A stretch of 64,000 bases of DNA from Candidatus Omnitrophota bacterium (GTDB lineage: Bacteria; Omnitrophota; Gorgyraeia; Zapsychrales; Zapsychraceae), in assembly GCA_028280285.1 (NCBI GenBank), contig JANQMA010000011.1, positions 58,520 through 122,519 of the forward strand. Reading direction: 5' to 3'. Shown one piece after another: positions 19,691 through 29,698 of this stretch (within the stretch, counting starts at the first letter, position 1; each line of letters begins with the position of its first letter). The translations under genes were made by a program, and so were the position numbers. The notes beneath the pieces were generated by a model, which saw nothing but the letters and a program-made list of their open reading frames with translations, made no database searches and was not told the DNA's origin.

Positions 19691-20758
19691 TTACTTTAAG
19701 ATTTGCGCACTTTCTTCAATTAAACTCCATGTGAGTGGACAACCTCTTTGAATAGACTGCGTTGCCTTTTTTCCTAAAATATCTTTTAAATATTTTGGCG
19801 GTAATCCGTGACCGGGACGAATAGAACGCACATTCTCAGCATTAAACTCTTCGCCTTCCGCTATATCTTTGACGGCAAAAAGAGACCTGGAAAATACCCT
19901 GGATTTTTCACCCTCTTCGGTTAACCGAAACTCTTCTTCTCCCAGGCTTTTTTCAACCTCCCGCACCAATTTAACCATTTCTTTAAATTCCTCTGGCTGC
20001 ATGGAAAAAGCAGAATCCGGCCCTCCCATGCTTCTATCCAAAATAAAATGCTTTTCAATAATACAGGCTCCAAGAGCCACAGCACCGGCGGCCACAGATG
20101 AAGTGAGTGTATGATCGGACAATCCAATCTCCACGCCTAATCTTGATTGCAATGCTTTAATCGCATTAATATTCATCTCTTCCAACGGTGCCGGATACGT
20201 CGATGTACACTTAAGAACCGCAACCTGCTTATTGCCTACTTTGTAACAAGCCGCTAATGCCTCCTCCAAGTCTTCCCAAGTAGCCACACCAGACGACATT
20301 ATGATAGGCTTACCTTTTGAGGCCGTATACTCAATCAACGGAATATCATTGATTTCACATGAAGCAATTTTATATGCCGGTACTCCGGCTGACTCCAAAA
20401 AATCAACAGAAGAATTATCAAATACCGAGGAAAACCCGATCACACCGCAATCTTTCGCATACTCAATTAACTCTTTTTGCCACTCCCAGGGAGTATAGGC
20501 TTCCTTATATAAATCATATAATGTGCGGCCATCCCAAAGCGTACCGTGATTGAGTTTAAAATAATCGGTATCCGCGTCTATTGTGATGGTATCAGGCGTA
20601 TACGTTTGCAATTTAACCGCATCAGCACCGCTATCCGCCATTGCCTTAATCGTCTTCTTAGCCAACTCTTTGTCATGCAAATGATTAGCCGATAATTCAG
20701 CAATAATAAAAGCCGGATACCCCGCTCCAACACTTCTACCTTCTATGTCAAAACTCAT
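19691..20758 (-). CDS. pseI: Pseudaminic acid synthase-like NeuB with C-terminal SAF domain
   Basis: IIAELSANH, KLQTYTPDTIT, AYTPWEW, GLSDHT, IEKHF, GGPDSAFS, RSIRPGHGL. Confidence 0.88.
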   Translation of the reverse strand: MSFDIEGRSVGAGYPAFIIAELSANHLHDKELAKKTIKAMADSGADAVKLQTYTPDTITIDADTDYFKLNHGTLWDGRTLYDLYKEAYTPWEWQKELIEYAKDCGVIGFSSVFDNSSVDFLESAGVPAYKIASCEINDIPLIEYTASKGKPIIMSSGVATWEDLEEALAACYKVGNKQVAVLKCTSTYPAPLEEMNINAIKALQSRLGVEIGLSDHTLTSSVAAGAVALGACIIEKHFILDRSMGGPDSAFSMQPEEFKEMVKLVREVEKSLGEEEFRLTEEGEKSRVFSRSLFAVKDIAEGEEFNAENVRSIRPGHGLPPKYLKDILGKKATQSIQRGCPLTWSLIEESAQILK

Positions 20759-21442
20759 TTAATTGTCCTTTAAAATAATTGGTAGAATTTTATCCAAAGC
20801 GTTAACAACGTAATCCGCCGGCACAGGATTTGCCTGGCTTTCCGGATAAAACATTCTCTGTCCATTTTGTTCTAATTGAATACTCATCATTCCCATTACT
20901 TTTGGTGCATGAAAATCTTTATAAGGGTTATCGCCGACATATGCGGCCACTTCAGCATCTATATCAAATTCATTTAAAATTTGCTCATAAGGCACCTGCG
21001 AAGGCTTGGCATTCTCTCCTTCTAATTCATCGGTATATACAATACTTTGCATGTGATCTTCTAAACCCAATACCTTTACTTTATTGCGCTGGACGCTCGC
21101 CATTCCGTCAGTAATCAACCCTATCATGCAACTCTTGTTATGCAATTCAGATAAAATTTCTTCGACGCCATCAAATAAATTGATATTTGGCAAATGTGTT
21201 CTATAGGCAGTTACCATCTTTTTTACAAAACGCTCTTGATCCAAATCATGTTGAGCGCATAACACATTAAATACCTTGCCGCGGCCGTTTTGCTCTACAA
21301 TAGAAACCAATTGATCAAATATGCGTTTGTCATCCAATCCACATTCTTTTGTTACAAATTTAGCAACAGCCCGAAAACCGCTTAAAACATAATCGTATTC
21401 GCGATACAATGTGTCGTCTAAATCAAATATAACAGCCTTCAC
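20759..21442 (-). CDS. HAD-family hydrolase
   Basis: FDLDDTLY, LITDG, KP, YVGDNPYKDF. Confidence 0.9.
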   Translation of the reverse strand: MKAVIFDLDDTLYREYDYVLSGFRAVAKFVTKECGLDDKRIFDQLVSIVEQNGRGKVFNVLCAQHDLDQERFVKKMVTAYRTHLPNINLFDGVEEILSELHNKSCMIGLITDGMASVQRNKVKVLGLEDHMQSIVYTDELEGENAKPSQVPYEQILNEFDIDAEVAAYVGDNPYKDFHAPKVMGMMSIQLEQNGQRMFYPESQANPVPADYVVNALDKILPIILKDN

Positions 21443-22425
21443 AAAACAGCACCCTCTACGACGGAATCACCTTCTATAAAAAAATCATCTGTATAACGCA
21501 GCATCACAACATCTTCTTTATATTGTGATAGATGACCATCAAGTTTTTGACCGGATAATAACTTAATTAAAAACCGGGGCGTATTAACTCCTGCGGCAAA
21601 TCCTAAAGACGCGCCACCGCCAAAACGCGGATTAATTTCTAAAATTTGGATTACTTCACCAACTTTAATACATTGAAATGTCGTATGCCCTATCAAACCT
21701 AACCGCCCGGCTAAGGCAGTCACCTCACTGACCATTTTTTCGTCCTTAACCGTCCGCCCTTTATAAGACTCCCCACTGACAACTTCGATACGCTCTCTTG
21801 GAACAGCAGAAACAACACGCCCTTCAAAATCCGCAAATACATCGATGGTATATTCCGTCCCCTCGATAAACTCCTGGATAACGGCATCGTCTATGTAGCT
21901 TGTAAAAAAATCGAGTTCTTTTTCATTGTTTACCTTAAAAATATTTTCCGATCCGCTACCAAATCTGGATTTAACAATATAGGGAAATTTTAAATCCACC
22001 CCCTGAAGGTCTTTAGATAAATATGTTACCGGAGCATTAAAGCCATTTTCTTTTAAGAAATGAAAAAATAAATGCTTATCATTACAAATATTAACGGCCT
22101 CCGGCGGGGAAACCATTACCTGAATATTCTCTTTTTCAAACAGGGATTTATTTTCAGAGAATATGATCAATTCAGCGTCACGCGTCGGCACAATAAGACT
22201 GATCTTTTCTTTTTTGCATATATCCAAAATGACCGGCAAAAAATCCTTATCGGATGAGCGCGGAACGAGATAATAACGGTCACCGGCAATAAACCCGGCA
22301 CTCAATGGATCAATATCGACCGTGATTACTGACCCGGTGTTTTTTTCTTGTTGTAATGCTCCTAAAAAAGCCTTAACCAGCCATACCTTACGCGAAACAC
22401 TCGTAATTAATACATTGACATCCAT
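21439..22425 (-). CDS. ATP-grasp domain protein
   Basis: VLITSVSR, ICNDK, KSRFGSGS, IQEFIEGTEYTID, EINPRFGGG. Confidence 0.88.
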   Translation of the reverse strand: MDVNVLITSVSRKVWLVKAFLGALQQEKNTGSVITVDIDPLSAGFIAGDRYYLVPRSSDKDFLPVILDICKKEKISLIVPTRDAELIIFSENKSLFEKENIQVMVSPPEAVNICNDKHLFFHFLKENGFNAPVTYLSKDLQGVDLKFPYIVKSRFGSGSENIFKVNNEKELDFFTSYIDDAVIQEFIEGTEYTIDVFADFEGRVVSAVPRERIEVVSGESYKGRTVKDEKMVSEVTALAGRLGLIGHTTFQCIKVGEVIQILEINPRFGGGASLGFAAGVNTPRFLIKLLSGQKLDGHLSQYKEDVVMLRYTDDFFIEGDSVVEGAVL

Positions 22426-23015
22426 TATTGTTCCTGCTCTTGTTGCAACATCTCTTTCACTCTATTTTTCGTGCGCACCCAATCTTCTTCTAAGAAATCA
22501 TGGACAAATGAATCACAAAACGCGCCATTAATCACCACATGATCTTTCATAACGCCTCCCTGCTTCATTCCAAACTCTTCCATCACACTTAAAGTAAAAT
22601 GACGTATAGCATATGTTTCACTGTGCAGCTTATGCAGTTTAAGCTCTTCAAATAAATACGTGCACATCATATAAAGAACACTGAGAAAATCTATTCGATA
22701 AACAGGCCGGTCCTGCCTCCTCTTGGGAGAAACCAGAAACGACAACTCTGCCCGTTTATGGTCATAATCTATATTGGTTAAACCACAGTAACCGATAAAT
22801 TCATCATTGTGATCCAGTAAAGAAAATATAACCTGATTCTGATCTTCCTGTATCTTTTTAAACCACCTGTCCTGATCTTCATCGGTCAGTGGTTGTTTTT
22901 GACGAAGAACATCGATTTGCGCGTTCCGCCATTCTTTGAGAGTAGACAAATACTCCCTTTTCATTGATGAAAGACTTCGTCCACAAATAGAATCTATTTT
23001 GCTTTCAACCAGCAT
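22425..23015 (-). CDS. GNAT/RimJ-type N-acyltransferase (PseH-like)
   Basis: EWRN..QDRWF, IGYCGLTNID..RAELSF, FEELKLHKL; adjacent to pseI-like gene. Confidence 0.75.
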   Translation of the reverse strand: MLVESKIDSICGRSLSSMKREYLSTLKEWRNAQIDVLRQKQPLTDEDQDRWFKKIQEDQNQVIFSLLDHNDEFIGYCGLTNIDYDHKRAELSFLVSPKRRQDRPVYRIDFLSVLYMMCTYLFEELKLHKLHSETYAIRHFTLSVMEEFGMKQGGVMKDHVVINGAFCDSFVHDFLEEDWVRTKNRVKEMLQQEQEQ

Positions 23016-23050
23016 AGATTTAAAAAGTTTTGAATGTGTAAAATTAACAA

Positions 23051-23797
23051 TTAGGCCGCTATTTCTGCCGTGTTCGCAATTGTCTGCTGTTGTAGTTTAT
23101 CTAAATAATATTGTGCCAAAAAGAAATCATCCCAATTATCAATTTCAATTGAAAAATAATCATCTTTTTGTATGGTGGGCAAGACCTTCTCACCTAAAAA
23201 GACATGAGCTCTTCTAATCCCTCTTGTATCATAGAGATTTTGGGCTAGCACTGCTGCAACCGAACCATCCAACATATACCTGTCGGGAAATTCTTGTCGC
23301 CTAATAGCTTTAACATCTTTGACAAGAGGTTGTAAAAATCCTTGTTCATCAACCACTTTCATTAACTCAGGAGCTTGTGTAACGGGATGGCAAGTAACAG
23401 ACGCGTGCGCGTCGGAGTGGACGAGCTTTTCCACCACTTCATCAATCAATCCGTCTGCTCTAAAAGGAACATTCGCCTGCATCAAAACGACAATGTCCGT
23501 TTCATAATTTTCTTCCTTCTTTAAAGTCTCAACAACATGAAGCAAGGCCTCCTCAATAGGCGAATCATCTAAAGCCAACTCACTTGGGCGCATAATGATT
23601 TCAACATCATAGTGTTGACGCACGACATCCGCAATTTCTTCACTGTCGGTTGAAACAATAACTTTGTCTAAAGTTTTTGCTTTTTGTGCCGCTTCAATGG
23701 TATGTCCAATAACAGGCTTGCCACCTAAATCTAAGATGTTTTTTGATTTAACTCCCTTAGACCCACCACGCGCAGGTATAACACCAATAATATTCAT
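23051..23797 (-). CDS. Acylneuraminate (nonulosonate) cytidylyltransferase, NeuA/PseF family
   Basis: IPARGGSKGVKSKN, VSTDSEEI, RPSELA, RRQEFP, EID. Confidence 0.9.
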   Translation of the reverse strand: MNIIGVIPARGGSKGVKSKNILDLGGKPVIGHTIEAAQKAKTLDKVIVSTDSEEIADVVRQHYDVEIIMRPSELALDDSPIEEALLHVVETLKKEENYETDIVVLMQANVPFRADGLIDEVVEKLVHSDAHASVTCHPVTQAPELMKVVDEQGFLQPLVKDVKAIRRQEFPDRYMLDGSVAAVLAQNLYDTRGIRRAHVFLGEKVLPTIQKDDYFSIEIDNWDDFFLAQYYLDKLQQQTIANTAEIAA

Positions 23798-23809
23798 GCT
23801 TTCCTCTCT

Positions 23810-25543
23810 CTATAAATTCGCTGTAGATGCCCCCCGCACAGCTGTTTCTTTATCTTTTCTTCCCGGATGCCGTTTTGTGTTTTGAGCGCCCAACTCATTT
23901 ATCGCCCACCATGAAAGCTCAACAATCTCTTCATCAGGCAGATCGCTAAAGTTCGTCCTAACGGCGTCGCCTTGTTCGCCTAAACGTAGGAAATATTGTT
24001 CAACCATATCATCATCCGCCGGGGCCACAACGCCGGTGACCGCTTTGGTAATAAGTCCCTTTTCCATGGCCAAGTCCCAGAAACTTGTGCCAGGGTATGC
24101 TGTTACAAAAAAGAACACTTCAGGCTTAAGCCCGATTTCTTTACACACCTCAACCGTTTCGGCAACTGTCTGGCGTGTTTCGCCTGGAGAACCAATCATA
24201 AAGGAACAGTCCGCATACCCGAGAACCCTTTGTGTCTCCCGCACAGCAATTTTGATTTTTTCCTGTGTTTGCCCGGATTTATCAATGCTTTTTAAAATGG
24301 TTGGACTTGCCGTTTCAACACCATAACCTGCCTGACGCATTCCTACCTCACGCCCTAATTCCAGAATATTAGGCCGGCCCTGCTTTTTCGCACGGACGAC
24401 ATCATCCGCAATAATATTGGTCCTGCACGCGCCTCCCCAAGTCACATCAAGCCCTGTTTTTTTACGTTGATTCTTAAGGGCCTCACAAAATTCCATAGCC
24501 CAACGATAATCTGTAAAAAGAAGATCATCTAAGAAATGCATATACCCTGCATCGTATCTGTCATGCAGATATTGCATTTCATCAACAATTTCCTGAGGAG
24601 ATCTTAAACGATACGTTTTACCCAAGTAAGAGGCATAGCAATAATCACATGCCTTTGCCGCATACGGACAACCACGTGAAGCCAAAAGCTCCACCGAGTA
24701 GGTATCACACGTACTCTTTCCGTCACTCCACTTATTTTCCCAGTTTAAATGACCAAGAGGATTCTGTTTATAAATTTCATCAATAGCAAAACGTGAACGA
24801 AGCGGCCACGGCAGTGTATCAAGACCATCCCATCTTGTCTTAAAACCGGTACGCTCGCCATTATTTCTAATTTCCCACTCACCTTTTTTTATTTCATGTT
24901 TATAGACAACGCCGGCACATCCTTCCAGTGAAACACCTTCTTCTAAGCGATGCAAAAGTTCTGATGTTGTCATCTCTCCTTCTTTATTAACGGCGATATC
25001 AATGGGAAGCATTTTGACCATAAATTCCGGCATACAGGAAGAAATACCCCCACCAAGAACAATGGGTATTTCTGGAAATACTTTCTTACAGTAGGTAGTA
25101 ATCTGTTTAATGCGGGCGTACTGCGGTATAATCCCACCAATCATGATCACATCAGGATGATAATGATTAAATTTTTCATCAATTTTCGCCTCAACCCACT
25201 TTGACATCTCCTCCGGGGTTTTATCCATAGGCTCCTTACGCAAAGCATTCAAATCCAGTGTTTCGACATAGTGACCATCCATAGCCGCTACGGAACAGAC
25301 ATAAGCCTGGCCTAAAGGAAATATATTGGGGTAGGACCACTCACGGATCGGCGCATTGATCATAAGGACCTTAAGTCCTTTATTCCGTAGAGGAAAGAGA
25401 CCCTCAGAATCATCTGTTGTAATCCGCGGAGCTTCAGGGAACTCATTCCCGCCTAAGGCATTAAACCGCTGGTAAAAGCGCTCCGGCGCCTTAGGCACAT
25501 TGATATTAACGAACGCGTCATTTTCTTTGGTTTTTGTAGTCAT
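23810..25543 (-). CDS. B12-binding radical SAM enzyme
   Basis: FPLGQAYV, IVLGG, EGE, SRGCPYAAKACDYC (Cx6Cx2C), FLDD, GVET, FMIGSPGET, YPGT. Confidence 0.85.
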   Translation of the reverse strand: MTTKTKENDAFVNINVPKAPERFYQRFNALGGNEFPEAPRITTDDSEGLFPLRNKGLKVLMINAPIREWSYPNIFPLGQAYVCSVAAMDGHYVETLDLNALRKEPMDKTPEEMSKWVEAKIDEKFNHYHPDVIMIGGIIPQYARIKQITTYCKKVFPEIPIVLGGGISSCMPEFMVKMLPIDIAVNKEGEMTTSELLHRLEEGVSLEGCAGVVYKHEIKKGEWEIRNNGERTGFKTRWDGLDTLPWPLRSRFAIDEIYKQNPLGHLNWENKWSDGKSTCDTYSVELLASRGCPYAAKACDYCYASYLGKTYRLRSPQEIVDEMQYLHDRYDAGYMHFLDDLLFTDYRWAMEFCEALKNQRKKTGLDVTWGGACRTNIIADDVVRAKKQGRPNILELGREVGMRQAGYGVETASPTILKSIDKSGQTQEKIKIAVRETQRVLGYADCSFMIGSPGETRQTVAETVEVCKEIGLKPEVFFFVTAYPGTSFWDLAMEKGLITKAVTGVVAPADDDMVEQYFLRLGEQGDAVRTNFSDLPDEEIVELSWWAINELGAQNTKRHPGRKDKETAVRGASTANL

Positions 25544-25631
25544 TTTGTCCCCCTTTTGCGGGTCTTTAATATGGCAATATTATTACAACTTATTGGCAAA
25601 TATACCAGTTTTTTCTTTAAAAAAAATTGAC

Positions 25632-25646
25632 GTTCAATATTTGAAC
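25632..25646. promoter_or_regulatory. Palindromic operator copy GTTCAATATTTGAAC
   Basis: Perfect GTTCAA-N3-TTGAAC; the same motif occurs at 25673 and 35899. Confidence 0.6.
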
Positions 25647-25672
25647 ATTTTAAAAAATTGATCATGATTATT

Positions 25673-25687
25673 GTTCAATTTATGAAC
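25673..25687. promoter_or_regulatory. Palindromic operator copy GTTCAATTTATGAAC
   Basis: One mismatch from the consensus; 41 bp from the previous copy. Confidence 0.55.
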
Positions 25688-25725
25688 ACGATCTACTGTC
25701 TAATTTTAAAAATACACCTACTTTT

Positions 25726-26928
25726 TTAAACAACCACCGCAATAACAGCATCGATAACGCGTTTAATTTCTTCTGCTTTCATAGAAGGAAACAATGGAAT
25801 GGTGAGCGCCGTATCATAATATTTTTCTGCTTCTGGGAAATCACCGCGCTTAAACCCGAACTTGTTTTGATAGTATGGCAATAAATGCAATGGAATATAA
25901 TGCACATGGACACCTATTTGCATTGCCCTGAGCTCTTCAAAGATTTCCCGGCGTGTCTTTTGTACTTTATCAAGATCAATTCTCAACATATACAGATGCC
26001 AGGCGCTTTGACGGTCAGCCTCCTGAAACGGCGTGATTAAAGCTTCAACCGGACTAAACGCTTCATTATATTGTTCGATAATTTCACGACGGCATTCATT
26101 AAACTTATCAAGTTTTCTTAGCTGGCTTAATCCCAGCGAACACTGAATATCGGTAATACGATAATTATAGCCAAGTTCTTGCATCTCATAATACCAGGGC
26201 GCACGATTAGCAAACCGCTTACCGCGATTAAAGGCGTTCTCATTATCAAAGGCCTGCTCTTCTAAAGTCATCGCATCATTGGCATTGGTGATGCCATGCG
26301 TGCGAAACAGCTTTAGCTTTTCATACAATGCTTCATCATTGGTTACAATCATACCGCCTTCCCCCATCGCGACATGCTTAACCGGATGAAACGAAAAAAT
26401 GGTCATATCAGCTAAAGACCCTACCGGTTTTCCCTTATAAGTAGCGCCGATGGCATGCGCGCCATCTTCAATCACAATCAAATTATGCTTCTTGGCAATA
26501 GCATTGATCTCATCCATATCACATGGCTGACCGGTGAAATCGACTGGAATGATCGCTTTCGTTTTTTCAGTAATAACCGCCTCTAACTTTTGAGGATCCA
26601 TACAATAGGTATCCGGACGGATATCACAGAACTTAACATCAGCCCCGAGAAACAACGCGCAATTACCACTCGCCGCAAACGTAATAGGAGCGGTGATGAT
26701 CTCATCGCCTGCTTTCACACCGGCGGCGTAACACGCGCAATGAAGCGCCGCCGTTCCGGTAGCAACGGCAACAGCGTATTTGGCTCCAACCTTTTCGGCC
26801 ACTGCCTTTTCAAACTCGGCAATTTTAGGACCCTGCGTTAACCAGTTACTTTTAAGTGTTTCGATGACAGCATTAATGTCGTCGTCATCGATCGTCTGTT
26901 TGCCGTAAGGAATAAAATCAGTGCTCAT
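25726..26928 (-). CDS. pseC: PseC-type sugar aminotransferase
   Basis: IPYGKQTIDDDD, WLTQGP, FSFHPVKH..GEGG, PWYYEMQELGYNYRITD, VHYIP. Confidence 0.85.
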   Translation of the reverse strand: MSTDFIPYGKQTIDDDDINAVIETLKSNWLTQGPKIAEFEKAVAEKVGAKYAVAVATGTAALHCACYAAGVKAGDEIITAPITFAASGNCALFLGADVKFCDIRPDTYCMDPQKLEAVITEKTKAIIPVDFTGQPCDMDEINAIAKKHNLIVIEDGAHAIGATYKGKPVGSLADMTIFSFHPVKHVAMGEGGMIVTNDEALYEKLKLFRTHGITNANDAMTLEEQAFDNENAFNRGKRFANRAPWYYEMQELGYNYRITDIQCSLGLSQLRKLDKFNECRREIIEQYNEAFSPVEALITPFQEADRQSAWHLYMLRIDLDKVQKTRREIFEELRAMQIGVHVHYIPLHLLPYYQNKFGFKRGDFPEAEKYYDTALTIPLFPSMKAEEIKRVIDAVIAVVV

Positions 26929-26937
26929 AAAATTTTC

Positions 26938-28374
26938 CTATGAATATTTAAGCGCCTGCAGGGCGCGCACATTACTGAAATGAAGTGAATCCAAGTCCTC
27001 TGTGCTTTTGTTTTCAAATAACTCTTTAAATTCCTGAAGCGCTTCCACAACACTGTGTTTAGCCTTAAACCCAACTACTCTTTCTAACTTTTCGAAACTC
27101 ACCCGGTAATTGCGGGGATCGATCAGGTCACTGTTTCTGATAATTTCCGTTGCGGGAAACACTTGCTTAGTTAGCTCGGCCAGATCATTAATTGTGTGAT
27201 TCTGCGCGTCGCCGCCGACATTAAAAGTTTGCGCGCGCACATCATCGATCGGCGCGTTTAAAACCGCGTTAATCGCCCCGGCAACATCCTTCACATGCAC
27301 ATTGGGTCGCCATTGATTGCCCCCGCCATGCACCTCAATTTTTTTATTTTGATAAGCATTCTTCGCAAAAATATTAACCACTAAATCAAACCGTGGACGA
27401 TAAGACGGCCCGAACACAGTTGCCAAACGTAAAATCGTCGGGGCAAAAAGCGGATTCGGCAGATTACATACCGAAAGGATTGACTCTTCCACAAGCGATT
27501 TAATACGCGCATAAAGAGAAACCGGATTTAAAGCAGACTCTTCGGTTAAAAATTCATCCGGATTTTCGCTCGCGCCATAAACACTGCACGACGACATATA
27601 AACAAACCGGTTAATATTTAAATGTGAGCATAAATGCGCCATGGATGTCACGGCCAGATAGTTGGTCTTAAGCGCTGCCTGCGGGGCCTCCGCACAGGCT
27701 GGATCCCCAACGAGCTCGGCCAAATAAACAACAGCATCGACCCCATCAACCGCGCGGACAATATCATCAATATTAGCCGCGTCACCTTCCATCAGCTCAA
27801 ACCGGTTATTATCAATCCCTTTGAGTGAGTCACCATAATAAATAAATTTATCCAGCACACGCACCGACCAACCGTCATTAAGTAAGACACGCGCCAGCGT
27901 TGAACCAATGTAACCACCTCCACCGACAATCAAGACCGTACGATGATTAGTTGCCATCGGTTCTTGATCTTTAGAAACATAAACAGTCAATGAATCGAGA
28001 TTAATGAGCCCGACAACTTTCTTATCTTTTCTCACAACAGGAGCCATAGCATAACGGAAATAAATATCTCCATAAGCCGCTTTCATGTCCTCCAAGACCT
28101 GATTGACATCTTCTGTTTTTTTCAACTGCTCCTCTTCAATCAAAATCGGTTCATCATTCATAACACGCTTAAGCGTCGTACTTACCGGATGGCCTTGCAA
28201 AATAGCTCTGCGTAAATCCCCTGGAGAGGCCACACCCACCAAACAACCTTGATCATCCACAACGGTGACAATCATCCAATGTTTACCCTCAATATTCTTG
28301 AGCGCATCAAAAATAGTATCCGTTTGACGCAGCTCAATAGGAGGAATTAAGTTTAATTGACCGTTTTTCTTCAT
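26938..28374 (-). CDS. CBS-domain / NAD-dependent epimerase-dehydratase fusion
   Basis: N-terminal CBS pair (VVDDQGCLVG..GDLRRAIL..VMN); SDR motifs GGGGYIGS, SSCSVYG, YARIK, LRLATVFG, RFDLVVN. Confidence 0.85.
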   Translation of the reverse strand: MKKNGQLNLIPPIELRQTDTIFDALKNIEGKHWMIVTVVDDQGCLVGVASPGDLRRAILQGHPVSTTLKRVMNDEPILIEEEQLKKTEDVNQVLEDMKAAYGDIYFRYAMAPVVRKDKKVVGLINLDSLTVYVSKDQEPMATNHRTVLIVGGGGYIGSTLARVLLNDGWSVRVLDKFIYYGDSLKGIDNNRFELMEGDAANIDDIVRAVDGVDAVVYLAELVGDPACAEAPQAALKTNYLAVTSMAHLCSHLNINRFVYMSSCSVYGASENPDEFLTEESALNPVSLYARIKSLVEESILSVCNLPNPLFAPTILRLATVFGPSYRPRFDLVVNIFAKNAYQNKKIEVHGGGNQWRPNVHVKDVAGAINAVLNAPIDDVRAQTFNVGGDAQNHTINDLAELTKQVFPATEIIRNSDLIDPRNYRVSFEKLERVVGFKAKHSVVEALQEFKELFENKSTEDLDSLHFSNVRALQALKYS

Positions 28375-28385
28375 AAAAAACTCCC

Positions 28386-28829
28386 TTATCTTTCCTCAAC
28401 ACTCCATGGATCCCAGTAATAGGCATCAAAACGGTAGTCATCATCCAGACTTTCCTCGAGTGATGAAGTTGAAAAAAACATGATTTTTGTATCAGATTGT
28501 AATGTCTTAAACCCGTTAGCATACCCTGCCGGTATTTTTAAAACTCCGGGTTTTTTTTCAGTAAGAACAAAACGTGCCACCTCTAAATCTTTCCCCGGAT
28601 TATCCCAATTATCAATTTTGACTGCCGCCACAATCGCTGCACCTGAAACAACATATACATATTTCATTTCATTTTTATGCCCATGCCAGGCACGGATAAA
28701 TTCCGCTCTATGATTGCTGACCGTATAAAACCGGCGGATCGTGCGTAAATCAAAGTCATTGCAAAATTGAATCTGACCGCGGTCATCAACAGCTAATCCT
28801 CCCGCAATTAGTTCTACTTGATCACTCAT
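28386..28829 (-). CDS. Cupin sugar isomerase/epimerase (RmlC/FdtA-like)
   Basis: DDRG, IRAWHGHK.E, IPAGYANGF, DDYRF. Confidence 0.8.
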   Translation of the reverse strand: MSDQVELIAGGLAVDDRGQIQFCNDFDLRTIRRFYTVSNHRAEFIRAWHGHKNEMKYVYVVSGAAIVAAVKIDNWDNPGKDLEVARFVLTEKKPGVLKIPAGYANGFKTLQSDTKIMFFSTSSLEESLDDDYRFDAYYWDPWSVEER

Positions 28830-28853
28830 TAATACATCCTTTCTAAAATTTGC

Positions 28854-29690
28854 TTACGATGCAATATGTGCCCTTAATTTATTGGCAACAGGAACTTCCT
28901 TTTCATGTATCCCTAAAACACCGTCTCCCATCGCGAGCTCAATTTTGCGTACAGCCCCAACCAACCGGCGAAATCCTTCCGGCTCAACCGAAGCAGACTG
29001 ATCAGAGCCATACATCGACCGTGAAAGCGTAATGTGCCGTTCAAGCGAGGTAATCCCCATAGCCGCCGCCGCATAAGATACAGCCAGTCCAACTTCATGC
29101 CCGCTGTAGCCAACAGCGCAGTCATATCTTTGACGCAATGTGTTGATGCAATTTAAATTCGCGTCCGTATCTTCCATCGGATAGGTCGACATGCAGTGCA
29201 TAAGTTCATAAGGACACTTGGCATCCTGGAAAATCTCCACCGCCGCATCGATCATAGCCACATCTGTCATGCCTGTGGAAATAAAGGTATGTCTTCCTTC
29301 GGAGGCCACCTCTTTAAGGAAGTTTTTATCGACAATCATCGCCGAGGCAATCTTGTTATACTTGCAATTATATTGAGCCAAAAACTTTTGGCTTTCTATA
29401 TCCCAGGCGGACGCGAACCAATCAATTCCCTTTTCTTTACAATACCGGTCGACTTCATCATATTCGGCCTTGCCAAACTCGAGCCCTTCTTTTTGTTCGC
29501 GCTGCGTTGTCCCCCAAGGGCTTTCCCGGGGAGAATCAAGCATCTCTTTGGTGTAGACAAGGTCAATGGTCCTTTTTTGAAACTTAACCGCATCAGCTCC
29601 GGCATCTTTGGCCACATCGATCAGCTTCTTTGCGGTTTCAATATCACCATTATGATTAATCCCTATTTCTGCAATGACATAAATGGACAT
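28854..29690 (-). CDS. Short N-acetylneuraminate-synthase-family protein (NeuB, no SAF domain)
   Basis: IAEIGINHNGD, AVKFQKR, GYSGHE, LERHITL..MYGSDQ.AS; only 278 aa. Confidence 0.9.
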   Translation of the reverse strand: MSIYVIAEIGINHNGDIETAKKLIDVAKDAGADAVKFQKRTIDLVYTKEMLDSPRESPWGTTQREQKEGLEFGKAEYDEVDRYCKEKGIDWFASAWDIESQKFLAQYNCKYNKIASAMIVDKNFLKEVASEGRHTFISTGMTDVAMIDAAVEIFQDAKCPYELMHCMSTYPMEDTDANLNCINTLRQRYDCAVGYSGHEVGLAVSYAAAAMGITSLERHITLSRSMYGSDQSASVEPEGFRRLVGAVRKIELAMGDGVLGIHEKEVPVANKLRAHIAS

Positions 29691-29698
29691 AACATCTC

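Noticed and set aside
25544-25725. Cobalamin riboswitch ahead of the B12 radical SAM genes
   Set aside because: The gaps here and at 6733-6861 are very AT-rich and lack B12-box features
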